Assembly: GCA_964291405.2 (NCBI GenBank)
Contig: OZ219926.1
Span: 2,688,001-2,752,000, forward strand
Reading direction: 5' to 3'
Origin: Thermodesulfobacteriota bacterium
GTDB taxonomy: Bacteria; Desulfobacterota; Binatia; Bin18
Length of the DNA stretch: 64,000 nt
The first letter of the stretch is position 1, and each line of letters begins with the position of its first letter. A program made the translations under genes and the position numbers. The notes under the pieces were generated by a model. That model was given only the letters and a program-made list of their open reading frames with translations. It was not told where the DNA came from and searched no databases. Shown here piece after piece: positions 28,989-37,282 of the stretch.

Positions 28989-29386
28989 GCGCCTTGGTGC
29001 TGGATTGCCCGGTTGCTGTGGCTTGGTTGCTCGGGGATGAGGACTCGCCGGAAGCCGACGCCGTTCTTGACAGGGTTGTTGCTTCAGGGGCGGTGGCGCC
29101 GGCTCTCTGGTGGGCAGAGGTGCGCAATGTGCTCGTGATGAGCGAACGCCGGGGCCGCCTGACGGTGGCGGGAACAGCCACGGCCCTGGCGGAAATCAGC
29201 GCGTTGGATGTTCGCCTGGATTACTCTCCGGAAAGCGCCCTGGTACTGCGATTGGCCCGGGAGCACCGTCTCACCGTGTACGACTCGCTCTATCTTGAAC
29301 TTGCGGTCCGCGAACGGCGGCCCCTTGCGACGCTGGACCGGAAGCTTCGACTGGCTGCTGAAGCGGAAGGGGTGCAACGCGGCTGA
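28985..29386 (+). CDS. vapC: VapC-family PIN-domain toxin
   Basis: LVLD..VAVAW, EVRN, LTVYDSLYLELA, LATLD; overlaps the antitoxin stop. Confidence 0.9.
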   Translation: MSALVLDCPVAVAWLLGDEDSPEADAVLDRVVASGAVAPALWWAEVRNVLVMSERRGRLTVAGTATALAEISALDVRLDYSPESALVLRLAREHRLTVYDSLYLELAVRERRPLATLDRKLRLAAEAEGVQRG

Positions 29387-29405
29387 TCCTTGTATGTCGG
29401 CCGCT

Positions 29406-29486
29406 GAAAGATACAGGATTCCGACTTCTGCTGGAATGGAGGGATCAGTGCGGCCTTTCCAGGCTGGGAGAGTCAGGCTAGGCTGC
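29406..29486 (+). repeat. Direct repeat copy 2 flanking the toxin-antitoxin module
   Basis: GAAAGATACAGGATTCCGACTTCTGCTGGAAT...GTGCGGCCTTTCCAGGCTGGGAGAGTCAGGCTAGGCTGC. Confidence 0.85.
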
Positions 29487-29493
29487 GGTCTGT

Positions 29494-31125
29494 ATGCAGC
29501 GTTTGTGGCCTGTTCTACTCGCCGGCGTAAGTGGTGTTGTGCTTGCCCTGGCCTTTCCGAAAGTCGATTGGAATATTCTGGCCTGGGTGGCTTTTATCCC
29601 GCTGCTCTGGATGACACAGGGGCAGACGTTACGCCGTGCTTTCAGCCTTGGCTGGATTGCCGGGATGGGGTTTTATCTCTGTACGCTGTATTGGGTCGTC
29701 GATACGATTGGCCTGTACAGCAATATCCCGCATATTATTGCCGTTGGTCCGCTGCTCCTGATGTGTGCCATTCTATCGGCATACACCGGTGTCTTTGCTG
29801 CCGGCCTGTGTGTCTGTCACAAGAGTCGGCCGCGCAACAGCGGTTGGTTGCTTCTCGTGTTTGGTCCCATGCTCTGGGTCGCCCTGGAGTGGGTCCGCTC
29901 GTTCTTTTTTATCGGGTTTCCCTGGGTCAGCCTAGGCTATTCCCAATACCACTTTGTAAACCTGATTCAGTTTGTCGAATACACTGGTGTCTACGGACTG
30001 TCGGCGCTGGTGATCTTTGGCAATGTCGCTCTCTTTATCGCCTTTTCCCGTCAGAACCGTGGGCGCCTGGTGCTGGTTCTGCTCCTGGTTATCACGGGAC
30101 TTTGGGGCTGGGGAAACTGGCGTCGTAGCCAGTTGGCGGCTCTGCCCCCGGTCCACACGCTGCACGTTGGGATCGCCCAGGGGAATATCGCCCAGGATCA
30201 AAAATGGGATCCTGATTACCAAGAGGTCACTCTCGCCCGCTATGAGCAACTCACGCGCCAGATAACAGAACAAGCAGTTGACCTGGTTATTTGGCCAGAG
30301 GCGGCAGTGCCATTTTTCTTTCAGTCTGATGTGACCTATCGTGGCCGGCTGCTGGACTTGGCCCAAGACACCAACACGCCCATCCTGTTTGGCAGTCCGG
30401 CCTTCCGAGTCGATGAGACGGAACTCACGCTATTCAACCGGGCCTATCTCCTGTCTCCGGACACGACGATTCTGGGGCATTATGACAAGATGATCCTTAC
30501 CCCCTTTGGCGAATATATCCCCTTCCAAGACAGTGTACTCTTCTTTCTGGATAAATTGGTGGAAGGGATAGGCGACTTTGCGCCAGGGACGACGCCGACC
30601 GTTTTTTCTCTTCCTCTAAAGAGTCAACCTGCCCTCCACCCCGATGATAAAGCTAGGGGCGTTGAGGCTTTTAAGACTTTTGGTGTGCTCGTCTGCTATG
30701 AGGGTGTGTTCCCTGACCTCGCGCGCCGCTTCGTTCATAATGGCGCGCAACTGCTGATCAACGTGACCAATGATGCCTGGTTCGGAGAGACTTCGGCTCC
30801 CTATCAACATCTGGCCATGGAGGCCATGCGGGCCGTCGAGAATCGAGTGCCCATGGTGCGGTCCGCGAATACCGGGATTTCAGCTATTGTGAATATCGAT
30901 GGCCAGATTCAGACCCAAACAGCACTCCTGGAGACCACCTTTATTGCCGACCAGATTACCTGGCCCCACGTGACTTCTTTCTATACCCGGTACGGCGACT
31001 GGTTTGTGACGTTGTGCGTCGTCGGGACGCTCGTTATGTTAGGTTATACAGGGATAATTGTAGTATTCGTCAAGCGAACTGGAGGAGGCGGAGATGCTGG
31101 CAGAAATCAGAGAAAAATTACATGA
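29494..31125 (+). CDS. lnt: Apolipoprotein N-acyltransferase (contains degenerate in-frame 54-bp element)
   Basis: Multiple TMs, GFPW..LGYSQ, QGNI, WPE, YDK..L.PFGEYIP, CYE, NDAWFG, RSANTGIS. Confidence 0.96.
   Translation: MQRLWPVLLAGVSGVVLALAFPKVDWNILAWVAFIPLLWMTQGQTLRRAFSLGWIAGMGFYLCTLYWVVDTIGLYSNIPHIIAVGPLLLMCAILSAYTGVFAAGLCVCHKSRPRNSGWLLLVFGPMLWVALEWVRSFFFIGFPWVSLGYSQYHFVNLIQFVEYTGVYGLSALVIFGNVALFIAFSRQNRGRLVLVLLLVITGLWGWGNWRRSQLAALPPVHTLHVGIAQGNIAQDQKWDPDYQEVTLARYEQLTRQITEQAVDLVIWPEAAVPFFFQSDVTYRGRLLDLAQDTNTPILFGSPAFRVDETELTLFNRAYLLSPDTTILGHYDKMILTPFGEYIPFQDSVLFFLDKLVEGIGDFAPGTTPTVFSLPLKSQPALHPDDKARGVEAFKTFGVLVCYEGVFPDLARRFVHNGAQLLINVTNDAWFGETSAPYQHLAMEAMRAVENRVPMVRSANTGISAIVNIDGQIQTQTALLETTFIADQITWPHVTSFYTRYGDWFVTLCVVGTLVMLGYTGIIVVFVKRTGGGGDAGRNQRKIT
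30618..30671 (+). repeat. 54-bp palindromic element copy C (diverged), in-frame in lnt
   Basis: AAAGAGTCAACCTGCCC-TCCACCCCGATGATAAAGCT-AGGGGCGTTGAGGCTTT; reads KSQPALHPDDKARGVEAF. Confidence 0.8.
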
Positions 31126-32198
31126 GCTGAGCGCGCGCATTGAGAGTCTTGGGAGGCATCTTTGACATCCCGGATAAGGAAGCTCGTGCCGCGGCACTGG
31201 AAGAACAGACGCTGGCCGACGGATTCTGGCAAGATCAGGAAAAGGCGCAAGCCATCCTCAAGGAGCGAGCAAGCCTGCTCGACACGGTAACGGAGTGGAA
31301 AAAGCAGACCCAGGCCGCATCTGACGCGCTGATTTTTCTGGAACTGGCCGAAGCCGGAGACGCCGAGGCGGTTGAAGAAGTCGAGCGGGCGGTGCCCGAG
31401 CTTGAGGCGACCGTGAGTCGGGCAGAGTTGCAGCGTATGCTGGGCGGAGAACACGATGCGCAGAGTGCCATCGTCAGTCTCCACCCCGGTGCGGGTGGTC
31501 TTGAGGCCCAGGACTGGGCCGATATGCTCCTCCGACTGTATCTGCGCTGGGCGGAACGCCGCAGCTATACCGTAGAGATGGCCGAACACCTGCCTGGTGA
31601 AGGCGGTGGGGTAAAAAGTGTAACCTTTACCGTTGAGGGGGCCTACGCCTACGGCTATTTGCGGGCAGAGGCGGGCATTCATCGGCTCGTTCGGATTTCG
31701 CCGTTTGATGCCAATGCCCGGCGGCATACCTCCTTTGCCTCTGTCTTTGTCTATCCGGATATTGATGAGGCTGTCGAAGTCGATATCCGTCCTGAAGATT
31801 TGCGCGTTGATACCTACCGGGCCAGTGGAGCCGGGGGACAGCATGTCAACAAAACCGACTCAGCGATTCGCCTGACCCACCTCCCGAGCGGGATTGTCGT
31901 GGCGTGTCAAAACGAACGGTCCCAACATCGGAACCGAACCATGGCGATGAAAATTCTTCGCGCCCGTTTATACGAGCTGGAGATGGAGAAACAAAAGGAG
32001 AAGATGGAGGGCCTGCATAAAAGCAAAAAGGATATCGCCTGGGGAAGTCAGATTCGCTCCTATGTCCTCCATCCCTACCGGATGGTCAAAGACCATCGCA
32101 CCGGCGTGGAGGTCGGGAACACCGACGCGGTTCTGGATGGTGATATCGATCAGTTTATTGAAGCTTATCTGCTCCAACAATCGACGGTAGCCGAGTAA
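31094..32198 (+). CDS. prfB: Peptide chain release factor 2 (programmed +1 frameshift)
   Basis: Leader MLAEIREKLHELSARIESLGRHL then CTT-TGA-C; SPF and GGQ motifs in the +1 frame. Confidence 0.97.
31151..31166 (+). promoter_or_regulatory. prfB autoregulatory frameshift site
   Basis: Internal SD GGGAGG, 3-nt spacer, CTTTGAC. Confidence 0.95.
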
Positions 32199-32288
32199 CG
32201 GTTTCGGCCGTTCTCGACCCGTGAACCGGGTCACGAGAACAGCACAATCTCTTGGCAATCATCCGGGAAGCAGGTACACTCCTGCGAC

Positions 32289-32342
32289 AAAGAGGAAACG
32301 TGTCCACCAATCAGGCACAGAGGCTGGATACGTTTCCTCTTT
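32289..32342 (+). repeat. 54-bp palindromic element copy D (between prfB and PAC2 gene)
   Basis: AAAGAGGAAACGTGTCC-ACCAATCAGGCACAGAGGCT-GGATACGTTTCCTCTTT. Confidence 0.95.
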
Positions 32343-32388
32343 CTGTCCTTGCCTGAGACCAAGGGGTAAGCGCCTCTGGGGGGAAACC

Positions 32389-33306
32389 ATGAACGCATTG
32401 ACAATTGAACGAATTCCGGAACTGAACGACCCCGTCCTGATTGTCGCCTTTGCCGGCTGGAACGATGCCGGCAGTGCGGCGACGCATGCCACGCAATTTC
32501 TTATCAAACGACTCCAGGCCCAGCGTTTCGCGACGATCGACCCTGAAGAATTTTATAATTTCAGTGAGGTCCGGCCCCACGTGCGCCTGCGAGATGGCCT
32601 CTACCGCGAGATTCGCTGGCCGGCCAATGAATTCTTTGCGACTAGCGCAGAGCAGCTCAAGCGCAGCATGGTCCTGGGTCAGGGCATTGAACCGCATCTC
32701 CGCTGGAAGGCGTATTCAGCGGCCTGTCTGGATGTTGCCAAGCAGTGTGGGGTGCGCCTCGTGATTACCCTGGGTGCGCTCTTGGCCGATGTGGCCTACT
32801 CCAGGCCGGTACGCGTGGTCGGATTTAGCAGCGACCCCGATATTGCGACCCAACTCCAACTCACCCCGTCCCGCTACGAGGGGCCAACCGGCATCGTCGG
32901 GGTGTTGAACGATGCCTGCCGACAGGCTGGATTGACGTCCATCAGTTTCTGGGCCAACGTGCCGCACTATATTTCCGCTTCTCCAAACCCAAAGGCCGCC
33001 CTGGCTCTCGTCAGCCGTCTTGAGTCCTTTCTCCACTTCGCCCTGGATACCACCGAGTTGGTGACGGGCGCGGCGGAGTTTGACGCACAGGTTGCAAAGG
33101 CGATTGCCGAGAATCCCAACTTGGCCGCCTATGTCAAACGCCTGGAAGAACAGGAGCAGGAAGAGGGGCTGGAAACGGAGACCGCTGCGCAGGACAAAGC
33201 CGGCAACGGACACGGCAACGGCAACGGGCATGCCAACGGCAAGGATATGGCTGAAGAACTCCAGCGTTTCTTGCAGCAGCGTAAGGATCGTAAAGATGAC
33301 GAGTGA
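32389..33306 (+). CDS. PAC2 (proteasome assembly chaperone-like) family protein
   Basis: AFAGWNDAG.AAT, IDPEEFYNF...RP, EPHLRW, LGALLADV..SRP, YEGPTGIVGVL, WANVPHY. Confidence 0.85.
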   Translation: MNALTIERIPELNDPVLIVAFAGWNDAGSAATHATQFLIKRLQAQRFATIDPEEFYNFSEVRPHVRLRDGLYREIRWPANEFFATSAEQLKRSMVLGQGIEPHLRWKAYSAACLDVAKQCGVRLVITLGALLADVAYSRPVRVVGFSSDPDIATQLQLTPSRYEGPTGIVGVLNDACRQAGLTSISFWANVPHYISASPNPKAALALVSRLESFLHFALDTTELVTGAAEFDAQVAKAIAENPNLAAYVKRLEEQEQEEGLETETAAQDKAGNGHGNGNGHANGKDMAEELQRFLQQRKDRKDDE

Positions 33307-34810
33307 GGCCCGGCCCGACCCGGATAAGTCCGTGTATATGGTGAATCTGGGTTGCCCTAAAAATCTCGTGGATGGCGAGGTCATGCTCGGCCTGCTGGCG
33401 GATGCAGGCTATACGCTGAGCCTCGACCCGGAACAGGCCGGGGTCCTGATGGTCAATACGTGCAGCTTTATCGACGAGGCCAAGGAAGAGTCGATTGAGA
33501 CGATCTTGGACTTGGCGACCTATAAGACGACGAAGACAAAGAGGAAACGCGCCCTCCAATCAGACAAAAAAGCCGGACACGTTTCCTCTTTCGAGAAACA
33601 GCTCATTGTGACCGGCTGTTTAGCCCAGCGCTACGGTCAGGAGCTGCGCGAACTTCTCCCTGAAGTTGACGTTTTTGTGGGAACGGGAGAGTTTCTTCGG
33701 ATCACCGAGATATTGGAACAAAGGCGGCGCGCGCTTGAAAAGAGGGAACGTGTCCTCCAATCATCCAAAAAAGCTGGACACGTTCCCTCTTTTGGTCCTA
33801 CCATGTATCTGGGGGCCTCTCACGTCCTGCCGGATCATACCGTTCCGCGTATCCCGACTACCCATTTTTACTCCGCCTATCTCAAGGTCGCCGAAGGTTG
33901 CAACCACAAATGCGCCTTTTGTATTATTCCGAAAATTCGCGGCTTACAGGAAAGTCGGCCGATTGCTTCTCTCGTGGCCGAAGCTACCGGACTGGTCGCA
34001 CAAGGGGTGAGAGAAATTAATCTCATTGCGCAAGACCTGACCGCTTACGGGCGAGAGCGCCGTGATGGGACGACCCTGCTGGCCCTGCTCAAATCCCTCG
34101 TGCGCGTTAAGGGTCTGGACTGGATTCGGCTGCTGTACTGCTATCCGAATTATCTCGACGAAGCCCTGTTAGGTTTCATTGCCGCAGAAGAAAAAGTATG
34201 CCCGTATATTGATATGCCGCTCCAGCATATCAGCGACCGGATGTTGAGGCGGATGAAGCGGGAGAAAAGCGGGGACGGCATTCGCCGCGTGTTGGACCGG
34301 ATTCGGGCCGCTATTCCCAATGTGATTATACGCTCGTCTTTTATTGTTGGCTTTCCCGGTGAGCGAGAGGACGATTTTCAGCAGCTGTGCGATTTCGTAA
34401 CCGAGGCGGAGCTCGATCACGTAGGGGTGTTTCGCTATTCCCAGGAGGAAGGGACAGCTGCTGGTACAATGGCCGACCAGATCAGCGAAGAGATCAAAGA
34501 AGACCGCTGGCACAAATTGATGGCCTGCCAGGCCGAAGTCGTGCGTAAAAAAAATAGCGCGCTGGTGGGTGAGGAACGATCGATACTCGTCTGTGGTCAG
34601 GACGATCACGGCCGCTGGTGGGGGCGGACGCAGGGCCAGGCTCCGGATATCGATGGCATCGTCTTCCTGGAACAGTGTCCGGCTGACAGCGGCGACATGG
34701 TCCGTGCCCGGATTACCGGGGCGTCCGGTTATGACCTGCAAGCGCGCTGTCTTCCCGAGCAGCCGTTTCAAACATCCACAGCTCTTGACTTGGCAGCCGC
34801 TTCTCCCTAA
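33296..34810 (+). CDS. rimO: Ribosomal protein S12 methylthiotransferase (contains two in-frame 54-bp elements)
   Basis: LGCPKNLVD, NTCSFI, GCLAQRY, CNHKCAFC radical SAM motif, QAPDIDG TRAM region. Confidence 0.96.
   Translation: MTSEARPDPDKSVYMVNLGCPKNLVDGEVMLGLLADAGYTLSLDPEQAGVLMVNTCSFIDEAKEESIETILDLATYKTTKTKRKRALQSDKKAGHVSSFEKQLIVTGCLAQRYGQELRELLPEVDVFVGTGEFLRITEILEQRRRALEKRERVLQSSKKAGHVPSFGPTMYLGASHVLPDHTVPRIPTTHFYSAYLKVAEGCNHKCAFCIIPKIRGLQESRPIASLVAEATGLVAQGVREINLIAQDLTAYGRERRDGTTLLALLKSLVRVKGLDWIRLLYCYPNYLDEALLGFIAAEEKVCPYIDMPLQHISDRMLRRMKREKSGDGIRRVLDRIRAAIPNVIIRSSFIVGFPGEREDDFQQLCDFVTEAELDHVGVFRYSQEEGTAAGTMADQISEEIKEDRWHKLMACQAEVVRKKNSALVGEERSILVCGQDDHGRWWGRTQGQAPDIDGIVFLEQCPADSGDMVRARITGASGYDLQARCLPEQPFQTSTALDLAAASP
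33538..33591 (+). repeat. 54-bp palindromic element copy E, in-frame in rimO
   Basis: AAAGAGGAAACGCGCCC-TCCAATCAGACAAAAAAGCC-GGACACGTTTCCTCTTT; reads KRKRALQSDKKAGHVSSF. Confidence 0.97.
33739..33792 (+). repeat. 54-bp palindromic element copy F, in-frame in rimO
   Basis: AAAGAGGGAACGTGTCC-TCCAATCATCCAAAAAAGCT-GGACACGTTCCCTCTTT; perfect arms; reads KRERVLQSSKKAGHVPSF. Confidence 0.97.
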
Positions 34811-34843
34811 GGTGTCTCTCCTTTTTATCTCGACCGTGGTGAA

Positions 34844-34897
34844 AAAGAGTCAAGATGTCCTCCACGCATCCAAATAAAGCTGGACACGTTTACCCTT
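34844..34897 (+). repeat. 54-bp palindromic element copy G (degenerate; upstream of dksA RBS)
   Basis: AAAGAGTCAAGATGTCC-TCCACGCATCCAAATAAAGCT-GGACACGTTACCCTTT. Confidence 0.88.
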
Positions 34898-34910
34898 TGG
34901 AGAAGGCGTC

Positions 34911-35330
34911 ATGAGAAAAACGTTCCTCAAAAAAATGCGGACGACGCTCGCCGGCCAAAAACAGCAAATCCTGATGCAGCTTGACGAAGAGATCCGAGAG
35001 GGAAAAGAGAGTGAGCTGGACGCAGGAATGGATACCTACGATCTCGCCAGCGAGGAACGCGAACGGGAAATCCATCTGATCCTGAGTGACCGTGATCGAG
35101 ATAAACTGCAAGCCATAGAAAACGCGCTGGAGCGGATCGAAGAGGGCGAATACGGCATCTGCGAAGACTGCGAAGAAGAGATCGCCCAAGCTCGCCTCGA
35201 GGCGTTACCGTTCACCAGACTGTGTGTTGCGTGCCAAGAGGAACGCGAAAAGGAGGCGCGCTTTCAGCGCCGTATTGATGATGGGGGTGGATTCGGTCGG
35301 TCCAACTTGGTTGATCTGGACGACGGGTAA
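34911..35330 (+). CDS. dksA: DksA/TraR-family C4 zinc-finger protein
   Basis: DTYDLAS tip motif, ALERIEEGEYGICEDC...RLEALP...CVAC. Confidence 0.85.
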   Translation: MRKTFLKKMRTTLAGQKQQILMQLDEEIREGKESELDAGMDTYDLASEEREREIHLILSDRDRDKLQAIENALERIEEGEYGICEDCEEEIAQARLEALPFTRLCVACQEEREKEARFQRRIDDGGGFGRSNLVDLDDG

Positions 35331-35407
35331 AATCAGCTTCGTCTTTTTCCTCGGTCCATTCTGGTTGCCTGCGCAAGGCGTCTCCTCTGTCGTCCCGCAG
35401 TGATGAG

Positions 35408-36787
35408 ATGCGACCCGACGACCGATACATTCTGCTCACTACGCTCTTTCGGACGGCCATTGAGGCGGTCCACCCGCGCCATCTGATCCCACAGACTGTT
35501 ACGATTGAAAAGGAGCAGCTGATCGTTCGGCCACGGGACGAGACCGTTGGCGCGTTGACGCTCGCTCTGACGGGTCGTCTCTTCCTGATTGGGGCAGGGA
35601 AGGGGGCAGGCAGTATGGCCCAGGCACTGATGTCCGTGCTTGGCCAGAGGGGCATTGGCGGATGTGTTATCATTCCGAGCGAGCAAGCGGTGTCCGACCT
35701 GTCTCTGCCTGGAGTACGGGTGGTGCAAGGGGAGCATCCCTTGCCTGGACCGGGCAGTGAGTACGCGGCCCAAGCGCTCATAGAGAGCCTCTCCCAGGTT
35801 CAACCTCACGACCTCGTCATGTTGTGTCTGACCGGTGGGGCCTCCAGCCTGCTCGTGCGTCCCGCAGTTGGGCTGACACTTTCGGACAAGACCATCACCA
35901 ATGCCGTCTTGTTGGAATGCGGAGCGGACATCCTGGCGCTGAACACCGTACGCAAACATATATCCGGGGTAAAAGGCGGCTGGCTCGCGCACCACGCTCA
36001 GCCGGCGACTGTGGTCAGTCTGATTCTGTCGGACGTGATTGGTGATGATATGAGTGTGATCGGCTCGGGTCCGACCGTAGCCGATCCAACGACGTTTATG
36101 GATGCCTGGCGGGTGGTGGAGCAGTACGGTATCGCCCCGCGGCTCCCCCAGTCTGTGTGCGCGCATCTGCGGCAAGGAGTCCGTGGGGCCAGACCGGAGA
36201 CGCCAAAACCCGGAGACCCGCTATTCTCTCGCGTCTATAATATACTGATTGGGTCAAATCACTTGGCCTTGCAGGCGGCCCGCGAGGCTGCCGCGCACCA
36301 AGGGCTGCGCTCTCACCTGATTTCTCAGCCCCTCGCTGGTGATACCCTCGTGGCCGGACGCGCCTTTGCCCAAGCCCTGAGAGCCGTTCGTCAACACTGC
36401 TCTGGCCCAACGTGTATTCTGGCCGGTGGCGAGACAACGGTACAGGTCAGAGGCCCTGGGAAGGGGGGGCGCAACCAGGAATTTGCGCTGGCTGTCGCCC
36501 AAGAGCTTGCCGGGGAAGCCGGGTGGAGCCTGCTGAGTGTGGGAACGGACGGCATAGATGGTCCGACCGATGCTGCCGGAGCCTTTGTGAACGGCCAGAC
36601 GCTGGACCGAGCGCGTCGAAAAAATCTCGACCCCGCTCAATTTCTGCGCAATAATGATACCTATACTTTCTTTTCTGCTCTGGGTGACTTGTTTCGCCCA
36701 GGCTCAACAGGAACAAACGTGATGGATATTAAAATTGCGCTTGTGGATCCTCCCCGCGCTGAAGAGCGCTACGGCAAAAAAGAATAG
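35408..36787 (+). CDS. Glycerate 2-kinase (MOFRL/TtuD family)
   Basis: GAGK, HPLP, GGASSL, KGG.L, SDVIGDD, GGETTV, GGRNQE, GTDGIDG, TGTNVMD. Confidence 0.92.
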   Translation: MRPDDRYILLTTLFRTAIEAVHPRHLIPQTVTIEKEQLIVRPRDETVGALTLALTGRLFLIGAGKGAGSMAQALMSVLGQRGIGGCVIIPSEQAVSDLSLPGVRVVQGEHPLPGPGSEYAAQALIESLSQVQPHDLVMLCLTGGASSLLVRPAVGLTLSDKTITNAVLLECGADILALNTVRKHISGVKGGWLAHHAQPATVVSLILSDVIGDDMSVIGSGPTVADPTTFMDAWRVVEQYGIAPRLPQSVCAHLRQGVRGARPETPKPGDPLFSRVYNILIGSNHLALQAAREAAAHQGLRSHLISQPLAGDTLVAGRAFAQALRAVRQHCSGPTCILAGGETTVQVRGPGKGGRNQEFALAVAQELAGEAGWSLLSVGTDGIDGPTDAAGAFVNGQTLDRARRKNLDPAQFLRNNDTYTFFSALGDLFRPGSTGTNVMDIKIALVDPPRAEERYGKKE

Positions 36788-36790
36788 GAC

Positions 36791-37141
36791 ATGCCTCGTC
36801 GCCTGTTGTTACGCGGAGTGGCGGCTTTTAACGCGGGCCGTTTCCTTGACGCGCATGAAATCTGGGAGGCGCTCTGGAATGAGACGGTTGGCGAAGAGAA
36901 ACGTTTCGTCCAGGGGCTTGTGCAGTTGGCCGCCGGTTATCTCAAGCTCTCCAGTGCGCAGTATTCGGGCGCTCTCAAGCTTCTCACGCGGGCTTGCCAG
37001 ACCCTGCGGACTTATCCACCAATATATGCCGGACTCCAGATCAGCCTGCTGTCTGACGCCAGCCTCACCGTTATCCGTAAACTGGAAACGGGGAGGACAG
37101 ATACCGACATTCAGCCTCCGCAAATCCAAACCGAGCCATAA
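36791..37141 (+). CDS. DUF309 family protein
   Basis: FNAGRF.DAHE.WE.LW...QGLVQLAA. Confidence 0.85.
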   Translation: MPRRLLLRGVAAFNAGRFLDAHEIWEALWNETVGEEKRFVQGLVQLAAGYLKLSSAQYSGALKLLTRACQTLRTYPPIYAGLQISLLSDASLTVIRKLETGRTDTDIQPPQIQTEP

Positions 37142-37188
37142 GAAATCCCCGCTTTTCCTATTCTGAATGGACATTCAGTCAGTTTTTC

Positions 37189-37215
37189 TTGACAAAACCC
37201 AGGTGTCAATAGTAT
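37189..37215 (+). promoter_or_regulatory. Putative promoter/operator with TTGACA-N9-TGTCAA palindrome
   Basis: TTGACA 37189-37194, TGTCAA 37204-37209, TAGTAT 37210-37215. Confidence 0.4.
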
Positions 37216-37282
37216 GACTGTATATCCGGACAGTACGAGGATGGAGTGGAAAAGATTGAGGTCCATGTCCGAAGAAGTCTGC

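Noticed and set aside
31151-31166. prfB frameshift as a novel finding or pseudogene
   Set aside because: This is the well-known RF2 autoregulatory +1 frameshift.
32221-32388. Longer PAC2 ORF start that would translate element copy D
   Set aside because: Family homology begins at ATG 32389, which has a G-rich RBS. The upstream GTG start cannot be excluded but is unsupported.
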